DNA of 13,227 bases from a bacterium. Lineage in GTDB: Bacteria; Zhuqueibacterota; Zhuqueibacteria; Oceanimicrobiales; Oceanimicrobiaceae. Below, piece by piece: positions 1-7,483 of this stretch. The notes below the pieces were generated by a model. It was not told where the DNA came from and ran no database searches. It saw only the letters and a list, made by a program, of their open reading frames with translations. The stretch is taken from contig JBHIAC010000090.1 in assembly GCA_046758365.1 (NCBI GenBank), positions 1 through 13,227 of the forward strand, read 5' to 3'. The translations under genes were made by a program, and so were the position numbers. Position 1 is the first letter of the stretch. Each line of letters starts with the position of its first letter.

Positions 1-1679
1 GGTACCATCGTGGTCACGGGTAGATAAACTCCAACAGCGAAGGGTAAACTCGGAATCCGGAACAGCTCCGCTGCTAAGGCAATTACAATACCCATGGCTA
101 CCAGTATCCAAGGAAGAGCATTCTGGAGTACCCCTTCAATTACCAGCTTCATTAACGTTGCCTGAGGGGCAGGTAATTCTTTGGTGCCAAATCCGTAAGC
201 GCTATCCAACAGCAGCACAGCCAGACAAACAAAGGTAGCCGAGGTTAACACACCAGCTAACTCACCAATTTGTTGCCTACGCGGTGTGGCTCCTAAAAGA
301 AAACCTGTCTTCAAGTCTTGGGATGTGTCACCGGCAATGGAAGCGGCGATGGCCACCACGCACCCAACGGTTAAGGCGGCTGCTTTGCCTATATCATCTG
401 TCCAACCCATGAGAAGAAATATTGAAGAAGTCCCAAGCAGTGATGCGATAGTCATGCCACTGGTCGGATTCGATGTCACTCCCACCAAGCCCACGATGCG
501 CGAAGAGACTGTCACAAAGAAGAACGCGAAAATGACTACCAGCACCGCACCTACTAACCGCATATCAAATGTTTCAAGATGCCCGAAGACATGGGGTACC
601 GCGGCCATGGCCAGTACTAACACGGTTACACCAATACCGAGCACAGAAAGAGGCAAGTCTTGGCCTGTTCTCGGAATGGTGATTCCACTTTCTTCTAAAC
701 GCGCTCTGATTTGTTTTGCCCCTACGCGAAAACTTTCTATCATTGTGGGTATACTACGGATTAAGGTGATAAGCCCGCCAGTAGCCACGGCTCCAGCTCC
801 AATGTAGCGCACATAGCGAGTCCAGATGAGCCCAGGATCCATCTCAGCAATTGTTTTGATCGTCTCTGGAAAAAGCGGTATTGTGCGTCCTTCCCCCCAT
901 ATTGCGATAGCCGGGATAATTACCAGTGAAGAGAGAAGTCCGCCACCTACCATAATGGTGGCTATTCTCGGTCCGAGTATATATCCGACACCGAAGAGTG
1001 CGGCAGATATGTCGAGGCCAAGCTGGCCCTTTTTTACAAACGGCACCCGGAAATGAACATCCTCGGGGATGATTCGAATCCAGCCAGTTAGAAATTTGAG
1101 AAATGCCCCGGCTCCAAGACCGAGAAAGACATTTTTAGCCCGTCCTCCGCCAACTTCGCTTGCCACCAGCACCTCAGCACAGGCTGTCCCTTCTGGATAG
1201 GGTAGATGGCCATGTTCGCGCTCAATCAGAAACCGTCGCAGCGGAATCATGAACAGTACTCCCAGAAGCCCCCCAAACATGGCTAAAAGGGTCATTTGCA
1301 CAAGGGACGGGTCTAAGCCCCAGAGGAAAAGTGCGGGCAAAGTGAATATAACACCACTTGCCACGGAGCTTGATGCCGAACCGATAGTTTGTGATATATT
1401 CGCCTCAAGGATACTTCCCTGACGACCTATGGTCTGGAGCGCCTTAAATGCTGCCACCGTCATCACAGCCACAGGGATAGAGGTGGATATGGTTAATCCG
1501 GCTCGTAACCCGAGGTAGGCATTGGCTGCACCAAAAAGAATACCAAAGAGAATGCCAGGAATAGCTGCCTTAATCGTGAATTCAGCTAAGCTCTCGGAGG
1601 CTAAAACATAAGGTTCGTAATTTTCACCTTCTGGAATGGATTCGTAGGCTTTTTGACTCAGACCCGCTTTGCGGCTCAT
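1..1679 (-). CDS. OPT-family oligopeptide transporter (3' end runs off the window)
   Basis: Absent from the ORF track because it has no stop in the window. Manual translation from ATG 1679 (AGAGGGG SD upstream) gives MSRKAGLSQKAYESIPEGENYEPYV...EFTIKAAIPGILFGILFGAANAYLGLRAGLTISTSIPVAV...ILEANISQTIGSA...LPYPEGTACAEVL...GVTSNPTSGMTIA...AGDTSQDLKTGFLLGATPRRQQIGE...LPAPQATLM. These are characteristic bacterial OPT motifs. Confidence 0.95.
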   Translation of the reverse strand, partial: MSRKAGLSQKAYESIPEGENYEPYVLASESLAEFTIKAAIPGILFGILFGAANAYLGLRAGLTISTSIPVAVMTVAAFKALQTIGRQGSILEANISQTIGSASSSVASGVIFTLPALFLWGLDPSLVQMTLLAMFGGLLGVLFMIPLRRFLIEREHGHLPYPEGTACAEVLVASEVGGGRAKNVFLGLGAGAFLKFLTGWIRIIPEDVHFRVPFVKKGQLGLDISAALFGVGYILGPRIATIMVGGGLLSSLVIIPAIAIWGEGRTIPLFPETIKTIAEMDPGLIWTRYVRYIGAGAVATGGLITLIRSIPTMIESFRVGAKQIRARLEESGITIPRTGQDLPLSVLGIGVTVLVLAMAAVPHVFGHLETFDMRLVGAVLVVIFAFFFVTVSSRIVGLVGVTSNPTSGMTIASLLGTSSIFLLMGWTDDIGKAAALTVGCVVAIAASIAGDTSQDLKTGFLLGATPRRQQIGELAGVLTSATFVCLAVLLLDSAYGFGTKELPAPQATLMKLVIEGVLQNALPWILVAMGIVIALAAELFRIPSLPFAVGVYLPVTTMV

Positions 1680-1724
1680 TGGACCCCTCTATCGGATTAA
1701 CACAAATTGTTATAAATTGTTGCA

Positions 1725-1753
1725 ATAATAACCCATTTGAACAAAAAAAGCAA
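1725..1753 (-). promoter_or_regulatory. Putative sigma70-type promoter for the OPT gene
   Basis: Minus strand TTGCTT (1753-1748), N17, TATTAT (1730-1725), about 45 nt upstream of ATG 1679. Confidence 0.55.
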
Positions 1754-1816
1754 GCTATTTCTTACAATATATTGGTTATTATCCTTTGTTACTTTATGGA
1801 TATTTATCTTGATTTC

Positions 1817-1848
1817 TGCATAAATTTTGCATAAATTATGACAAAATT
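1817..1848. repeat. Three 10-bp direct repeats at 11-bp period in a divergent promoter region
   Basis: TGCATAAATT (1817-1826), TGCATAAATT (1828-1837), TGACAAAATT (1839-1848). Confidence 0.5.
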
Positions 1849-1959
1849 AGGGGTATAAGAATCATAAATTAGTTAAGAAGTAAAATTAGATGGAAGAATT
1901 TGAAATTGATTTATTCCAATATGTTAGATTTAGTGTGAACAAACAGGAGAAGAGCTCCT

Positions 1960-2172
1960 ATGCACGTTGATGAAATTCGCAAAGTCGTTAAAGCTCGTCC
2001 CTTTAAGGTTTTTGAAATCCGGATTGAGAATGGGGAAAAATATCTTATCCCACACCCCGAGAATATCTTTATCACCAATCAACTCATTGTCACTGTTGAC
2101 GAACAAGGTCAATCAATATTAATAGCCCCTGAGGCTGTGAGCACTATTTGTCTTGTCGAAGAACAAACATAA
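1960..2172 (+). CDS. Small hypothetical protein (70 aa)
   Basis: AGGAG SD upstream. The pattern 'IRKVVKARPFKVFEIRIENGEKYLIPHPE' resembles a recurrent small uncharacterised family (..PFxPFxIxxxxGxxYxVxHPE..). Confidence 0.75.
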   Translation: MHVDEIRKVVKARPFKVFEIRIENGEKYLIPHPENIFITNQLIVTVDEQGQSILIAPEAVSTICLVEEQT

Positions 2173-2368
2173 GATTATTTCCCAATCACTCTCGTTTCTT
2201 TTTCCGGATTATACTGATCCATCCTCAAGTCGTTTCCGGTAATTTTTAGGGGTTTGCCGGTTACACCTTCGGGCACTCTTCTGCTTTAAGTCCAGCGCAA
2301 TAAACTTCCTCAAGAATTGTTTTGTTATTAAATTACGACAGCAGAATATGAGGAAAGTATACCATTTT

Positions 2369-4492
2369 TTACTTCCATTTCATGACTCCGACTCGCACGA
2401 GATCTTCAAGATAGCGCGAAATAACACTGGTATTAACAGAACCAAATTCAGCACTCAGGGCATTACGAATGTCGGAAACAGTGCGCTTGCCATCTACAAA
2501 ATTCACCAGTTCAAAACGAACGTTACCTTTCAGCGTGAATTGTGGGGATTTATACCAAGCCGCCTCTTTCTGCGAAAGCTTACGTTCGGGAAGGTCAAAA
2601 TCAATGGGTCCACGGGTTTTTCTGACCGGGATGCGAAGATCAAGCTTTTCGCTGATAGAATGCGGCTCACTATCGGTGAGTCCACGTGAAGTAACCGTAT
2701 TTCGGAGACGAGCAGACAAGGATTCATAATGGCGGCTAAGCTGATTGTTCATCCAAATCACCAAATTTTTAACCGGCTCTGAATTATTGAAGTTCAAAAT
2801 TGATGTTACGGCCGTCATCTCCCACTGCGCCACATGCTTATGTAAGTTCTCTGCCTCGGCCCAGGCCAATGGGAGCTCCTCTTCGGTCGCTACGATAATT
2901 TTTCTTTGTGCACGTCCAGCCGCAAGGCCCAAGCGTTCCATGGCTTTAGCTCCAACAAGGTACACCAGGTCTACTGCCTGAGAATTGTCCAGATTTGCCA
3001 AGTACCACATGGTACTAGCAGCGATGATCTCACAGCGCTCGATTTCAGCCGGATCTACTTTATCTGGGGTATCCTCGGATGTATGGTGGGTGTAATCAGG
3101 ACTGTGGTTAAACATGATCCCAGGGATTTTTCGTTCGATAAACATCATGTGGTCGCTGCCTCCGCTGTACGGGGTTACCCGATAATTGAACGCCGAGAGG
3201 CTTCCCCGAGGTGTGCGAATATGCATGTCGTCTACCATCTTAACCATATTCTCAACCACATCATTGACTGCTGAGGGAATTGAATAAGGGGTGCGGGTTA
3301 GAATTAATTTCGAGTGAATTAACTCAATATGTTCGCCTACCATATCCATATTAATATTCGCTAAAAAGCTACCCCTTAAGGCAGGCCCTTTCAGCTCTGG
3401 ATGTGCGTCAATATAGGCCATGGTTCCGTTCCATTCAGGCACCCAAAGGAAGCGGAAAGATCGTTTCGGGCGAGGCAGCCGTTCACGATCGATAAGCTCT
3501 TTAAAAGTACGAGCTATGTCGAGAATAGCAGCCGAACCACTTGCATTATCGTTTGCCGATTCTTTCGGATGGTCAAGATGGGCACAAAAGACAAGTTCTT
3601 GTTCAGGATGTTCTGCGCCCCGAATGTGCGCAACAACCACATCCATAAAAAATGGTTCGAGACCAATGCCTGACATACGGCCATGCAGCACAACTTTCTT
3701 GCCGGAGAACAACAAATCTCGCAGTTTTTCACCTTGTCGATTGGTGATATTGAAACCAAAGGTAACTTTCTTCAATTCTTCAGTGCGTGGCCACATGCCG
3801 GTGTAGGCCAGCATGTCCGGATATTCTTTAGCCCGGTCGTCGTCGAGAAAGCAAACTACGGCCTTCGCTCCATATTTTAGCACCGCATGGCGGTGTACCT
3901 CTCCACCGTAACCTGTCGCTAGAACAATTTTGCCTTTAACGTCTTTTCCTTCATAGTCCGTATCGCTGGTGCCTTTTCCTACCCAAACAAGCTCGGCTGT
4001 TACCTCGCCAGGATTTGAATAAGTGATGGCACTCATGGCAATCTCAGGATAGCCAATGATGCGTTCTTCATACGGCTCAACCATTCTAAGTTCGGCTGAT
4101 TCAATGTCCCATCCAGAGGGCGACTGCCAGGTCTGATAATTGACTTTGCCATCCGACGGAAACGACTCGATATAGGCATCCTTCTCCGAAAAGCCAAAAC
4201 TACGAAGTTGCTTAAGAACATACTGAGCAGCCGCGCGATAACCCCGCGAACCTTGAATGCGGTGATGCCGAGTAATCTGGATGACGTGCTCTTTAGCCAA
4301 CTCACCACTCAGAGCTTCGTGCAGTAAATCTCGTATTTTGGAATCCAGAAGCTCATTGTAATCTTGTGCTTTGCTGACTGATACCGTGAATGTAAACAAA
4401 ACCCAAAGAAGGCCAAGTAAGAGCTTCACATATTGCTTTTGATTACTGACTTTCTGCTTGGGCCGACTAATTGGATAAAGACATGAAAACAT
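2369..4492 (-). CDS. Secreted M28-family zinc peptidase with PA-like insert and C-terminal winged-helix-like region (DUF4910-like)
   Basis: Strong SD (AAGGAGGAG); signal peptide ending ...SVSKA/QD. M28 motifs AHLDH, ANDNASG, VPE, NMDMVG, GGSDH, HHTSEDT. PA-like segment LVWVGKG...DYEGKDVKGKIVL. C-terminal ELVNFVDGKRTVSDI...YLEDL. Confidence 0.88.
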   Translation of the reverse strand: MFSCLYPISRPKQKVSNQKQYVKLLLGLLWVLFTFTVSVSKAQDYNELLDSKIRDLLHEALSGELAKEHVIQITRHHRIQGSRGYRAAAQYVLKQLRSFGFSEKDAYIESFPSDGKVNYQTWQSPSGWDIESAELRMVEPYEERIIGYPEIAMSAITYSNPGEVTAELVWVGKGTSDTDYEGKDVKGKIVLATGYGGEVHRHAVLKYGAKAVVCFLDDDRAKEYPDMLAYTGMWPRTEELKKVTFGFNITNRQGEKLRDLLFSGKKVVLHGRMSGIGLEPFFMDVVVAHIRGAEHPEQELVFCAHLDHPKESANDNASGSAAILDIARTFKELIDRERLPRPKRSFRFLWVPEWNGTMAYIDAHPELKGPALRGSFLANINMDMVGEHIELIHSKLILTRTPYSIPSAVNDVVENMVKMVDDMHIRTPRGSLSAFNYRVTPYSGGSDHMMFIERKIPGIMFNHSPDYTHHTSEDTPDKVDPAEIERCEIIAASTMWYLANLDNSQAVDLVYLVGAKAMERLGLAAGRAQRKIIVATEEELPLAWAEAENLHKHVAQWEMTAVTSILNFNNSEPVKNLVIWMNNQLSRHYESLSARLRNTVTSRGLTDSEPHSISEKLDLRIPVRKTRGPIDFDLPERKLSQKEAAWYKSPQFTLKGNVRFELVNFVDGKRTVSDIRNALSAEFGSVNTSVISRYLEDLVRVGVMKWK

Positions 4493-4507
4493 GATACTCC
4501 TCCTTTT

Positions 4508-4639
4508 GATGAATCATAGCAGACTTCTGCAACATTAATTTAAAGCATGTTCAAAATGGGTGTACAGCCTTCAGCCTGTCTATGACAATCTCAACCTAAA
4601 GGTTGTACACCCTATTTTGCAGAAGTCGATGAATCATAG
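4508..4639. mobile_element. MITE/REPIN-like element with 12-bp flanking direct repeat
   Basis: GATGAATCATAG at 4508-4519 and 4628-4639. Perfect 11-bp IR GACTTCTGCAA (4522-4532) / TTGCAGAAGTC (4617-4627). Inner imperfect IR 4552-4574 / 4596-4619. Confidence 0.7.
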
Positions 4640-4724
4640 AAGTAAAATGCAAAAATTAAAAAGAAATTTGTATCGAGTGCTAAAATTTCTGCTTTTCGAA
4701 ATAAAGCAATCCTTCTAAGAAACA

Positions 4725-4756
4725 CTGACCCCGAAAGCGAAAGCATTCGGGGTTAG
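4725..4756. repeat. REP-like GC-rich hairpin
   Basis: CTGACCCCGAA (4725-4735) pairs with TTCGGGGTTAG (4746-4756), with one G-U pair. The loop contains GC-GAAA-GC. Confidence 0.6.
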
Positions 4757-4800
4757 CGTTCGTTCGGTATATTAAGAGATTATTTACAAATTAGTGCATA

Positions 4801-4829
4801 ATGATAACCTTTTTATACATAAAAATCAA
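4801..4829 (-). promoter_or_regulatory. Putative sigma70-type promoter facing the peptidase gene
   Basis: Minus strand TTGATT (4829-4824), N17, TATCAT (4806-4801). The AT-rich context lowers specificity. Confidence 0.4.
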
Positions 4830-4998
4830 GCTGTATTTTATTAATTAGATTGTTAATTAAGGCTAAATTCTTTTAGTTCTTTAAGCAATTTAAGTTTTAA
4901 ATACTTATGACGATAATTCGCTTACACAGCAAAATATGTTCTATCTTATATTAAAAATATAAATTTAAATGTTTCTTTCCCATCGGTGGAGGTTTATT

Positions 4999-5334
4999 AT
5001 GAGTTTATCAATAAAATTAATTAATGATATCTTATTATTAAAAATAGATACTCAACGAGCCACCGTTGAGTTATCTAGTGAATTTAAAAAAGAGTTGAAA
5101 AAACAGATTGAAAAGGGTAAAACTAAAATTGTGGTCGATTTAAGTGATGCAGAGTTTATGGATAGTTCTTTCCTTGGTGCGCTTGTCACGGGTTTAAAAC
5201 AAGTAAGATTGAAAGGCGGTCAGCTTAAAATTGTCGGGCTTCAGCCACCCATTGGTGCTATGTTTGAACTAACAAGAATGAATAGAATATTTGAAATCTT
5301 TTATTCCGTTGAAGATGCATTAAAAAATTTTTAA
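4999..5334 (+). CDS. STAS-domain anti-sigma factor antagonist (RsbV/SpoIIAA-like)
   Basis: IVVDLSDAEFMDSSFLGAL with the conserved phospho-acceptor Ser, and GGQLKIV...MFELTRM. Start placed at ATG 4999 (GGAGG SD) rather than 4969. Confidence 0.93.
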   Translation: MSLSIKLINDILLLKIDTQRATVELSSEFKKELKKQIEKGKTKIVVDLSDAEFMDSSFLGALVTGLKQVRLKGGQLKIVGLQPPIGAMFELTRMNRIFEIFYSVEDALKNF

Positions 5335-5335
5335 T

Positions 5336-5893
5336 ATGAATAAAGACAAAATAATTCTTTGGGTACCTTGTAATTTGAAGTTTACCGAGACTGTTGAAAA
5401 TATTGTTGAAGTTATCAGACCTCTTTTCAATAGCTCGCTTTCAACCAATAGGGTTTTTGAAATAAAACTTGTATTAAACGAAGCGTTTGTTAATGTGGTG
5501 CGTCATTCATCTCAAAATGTTGCGGAACTTGTTGAGATAATATTTGAGATGGAACCACAAAGTCTAAAAATATGCTTAAAAGATAAAGGTAAAGGGCTGG
5601 CAATTTTAGAGCATTTCCCCCCCTATCCCCAAAAATTGATTGGAACCTCTCAAGTATTTTTAAAAACGATGGATGGGGAGGTCAGAGCATTGGTGGAAGA
5701 TAGTGTTACTTTACAACTTACTTTTAATGAGATTAATATTGATGAATTCCCACCAGAATATATATTTGAAAAAACCCAGGACAGAGGCATGGGGATTTCA
5801 TTGATGACGAAATTAATGGATGAGGTCCGATTTAAGTACATGGAAAATGAAGGTAATTATCTTGAATTAATTAAAAATTTAGCCCCGAAATAA
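5336..5893 (+). CDS. RsbW/SpoIIAB-like anti-sigma factor / Ser kinase (HATPase_c_2)
   Basis: N box LNEAFVNVVRH, G1 DKGKG, G2 RGMGISLMTKLMDEV. Starts 1 nt after the STAS gene stop. Confidence 0.9.
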   Translation: MNKDKIILWVPCNLKFTETVENIVEVIRPLFNSSLSTNRVFEIKLVLNEAFVNVVRHSSQNVAELVEIIFEMEPQSLKICLKDKGKGLAILEHFPPYPQKLIGTSQVFLKTMDGEVRALVEDSVTLQLTFNEINIDEFPPEYIFEKTQDRGMGISLMTKLMDEVRFKYMENEGNYLELIKNLAPK

Positions 5894-5906
5894 ATTTCTG
5901 GGTTAA
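5879..5906. repeat. REP-like palindrome overlapping the kinase stop codon
   Basis: TTAGCCC-C-GAAAT-AA-ATTTC-T-GGGTTAA. Confidence 0.5.
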
Positions 5907-5913
5907 CAGCAAA

Positions 5914-5938
5914 AGTTGGCTGAAGCCGACTAATTTTT
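5914..5938 (+). terminator. Possible intrinsic terminator of the STAS-kinase pair
   Basis: AGTTGGC-TGAA-GCCGACT stem-loop followed by AATTTTT, 20 nt after the stop. Confidence 0.45.
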
Positions 5939-5996
5939 GATAAGAAAAAATAATCTGCTTTTGCGGATTTTGACTTTAAGCCAGGAATTTTAATTC

Positions 5997-6100
5997 ATGA
6001 TGTTGGTGCAAAAACAGGATAATTTCAACTTTTAGCAATTGAAAGTGTAATATTTACAACTTAAGATTTTTAGCTTCCTACCTTTTTGCACCTACGTCAT
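5997..6100. repeat. Long-range inverted repeat in the convergent intergenic region
   Basis: ATGATGTTGGTGCAAAAA (5997-6014) vs TTTTTGCACCTACGTCAT (6083-6100): 16/18 complementary, with a perfect 10-bp core. Confidence 0.55.
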
Positions 6101-6109
6101 TCATCGCTT

Positions 6110-7483
6110 TTAACCTGCCAAAGGCTGGCTCACAAAAGTTTGATATTCTAAATCTTTTATATGGTTGTTGAGTATATAATATCCTAAAATTAGTGCAGTT
6201 AAACACGCCAATAAGTAGCCGTAGCCATAATAAATATAGCCCATCTTAAGTGTAAATATAGTAAATATAATATTGCTGCCTAAAAACACTGCAACAACTT
6301 GAACAAGTTTTGTTCTTATATCAAAATACATCATAAATATCATGACTGTTAATAATAGCATTTGAAGAAATACTGCAATGACAGCTTTTTCTAATATTAG
6401 AGTACCCAAAACAGGAATTCTAAAAGCAGAGGCAATTTCCTTTGAATATAGGAGGCAAAGTAAAGTAACGATGCCTTGAATTTTTATTAATCCGAGGAAG
6501 CTCTCTCTTAAAGATTTAGCAATCTTATTTTTTTGCTCACGAATTTCATTAAAAGGATTTTTATCCAAAATGGTCTGATAAAATGCACGGAAGAATCCAT
6601 AAAATTCAGTTTCAACTTTGACTAAGAAATAGGTATAGGAAGGAATGACCGTTAGATAAGCAAAAAAGGTTGCGCCATCATAATAAGTATGTGCAAACAG
6701 GAAAGAATTTATTTGCTCGCCTTCAGAACTAAACCAAAAGATTATCTTATCCACCCAGATTCCTAAATTATAAAAAAGACCGATTAAAGCTAATTGTGGC
6801 ATCTTTTTAAAATATTGAATAAAAGCAAAATCAGGTTTATCTGTACTTTGAAATTCTAGAAAAAGCCTGGCAAGCAATATGAAAAGTAAAACAATTTGTC
6901 CAAAGGTATAACCATGAAGAAATCCAGTCAGTCCATGACTTTTTCCTAATTTTACAGCTAATAAAAAACTTAAAGACAAACCGATTATAAAGGCTACAAA
7001 AATAATATTATAATTTTTCATTGCACTCAAAAATATCATTATTTGCCAGATACATCCGATGGTGATAAAAAGCATTAAAGAAGTTAATCGATAGGTGAAA
7101 TCAAGTTCCAAAAAGAACATGAACGGAAGACCTATAATTATCTGACATGTAACCGTTAATGCTAAAGCACTACAAAAGGTCGGAATAATACGATGAATCT
7201 CTTTGGCATAAATTAAATCTGAAAGATATCTTGTCAAAAGAAGCTGCGTTAGCCCGGTCGATATTAAAGAAAAAGCAAATACATAAACGATGGTGACAAG
7301 AAACACTTTCATGTCTTGGGACGAAATGAATGCCCTCGAATAAACACTTAGCAAGCCCAGGCATAATATAGAGAAAAATATCGGGCCTCCAGAGATAGAG
7401 GCCGCAAATAATATACCTCGTAAGTTATCTACGTATGAATCGAAATCAAAAATTTTTCTTAATTTAAATCCTATCCCCGCCAT
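6110..7483 (-). CDS. pelG: Pel exopolysaccharide transporter PelG
   Basis: Diagnostic N-terminus MAGIGFKLRK, GGP motif, TRYLSDLIY, YNLGIWVDKIIFWF, VKVETEFY, GYGY. Polytopic membrane protein overlapping pelF by 20 nt. Confidence 0.95.
   Translation of the reverse strand: MAGIGFKLRKIFDFDSYVDNLRGILFAASISGGPIFFSILCLGLLSVYSRAFISSQDMKVFLVTIVYVFAFSLISTGLTQLLLTRYLSDLIYAKEIHRIIPTFCSALALTVTCQIIIGLPFMFFLELDFTYRLTSLMLFITIGCIWQIMIFLSAMKNYNIIFVAFIIGLSLSFLLAVKLGKSHGLTGFLHGYTFGQIVLLFILLARLFLEFQSTDKPDFAFIQYFKKMPQLALIGLFYNLGIWVDKIIFWFSSEGEQINSFLFAHTYYDGATFFAYLTVIPSYTYFLVKVETEFYGFFRAFYQTILDKNPFNEIREQKNKIAKSLRESFLGLIKIQGIVTLLCLLYSKEIASAFRIPVLGTLILEKAVIAVFLQMLLLTVMIFMMYFDIRTKLVQVVAVFLGSNIIFTIFTLKMGYIYYGYGYLLACLTALILGYYILNNHIKDLEYQTFVSQPLAG

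Noticed and set aside
286..1056. Plus-strand ORFs 286-807 and 826-1056
   Set aside because: Antisense shadows of the OPT gene with no recognisable motifs.
2348..4308. Short ORFs overlapping the peptidase (e.g. 2348-2689, 2906-3274, 3420-3806, 4033-4308)
   Set aside because: Antisense or out-of-frame within a well-supported 707-aa gene.
4720..4770. c-di-GMP-I riboswitch, suggested by the GAAA tetraloop near a biofilm locus
   Set aside because: The GCAAA...GACGCAAA core and second stem are absent; a simple REP-like hairpin explains it. An Rfam scan would settle it.
4969..4998. Longer start for the STAS gene at 4969
   Set aside because: No SD at 4969, whereas GGAGG precedes ATG 4999 and gives a typical STAS length.
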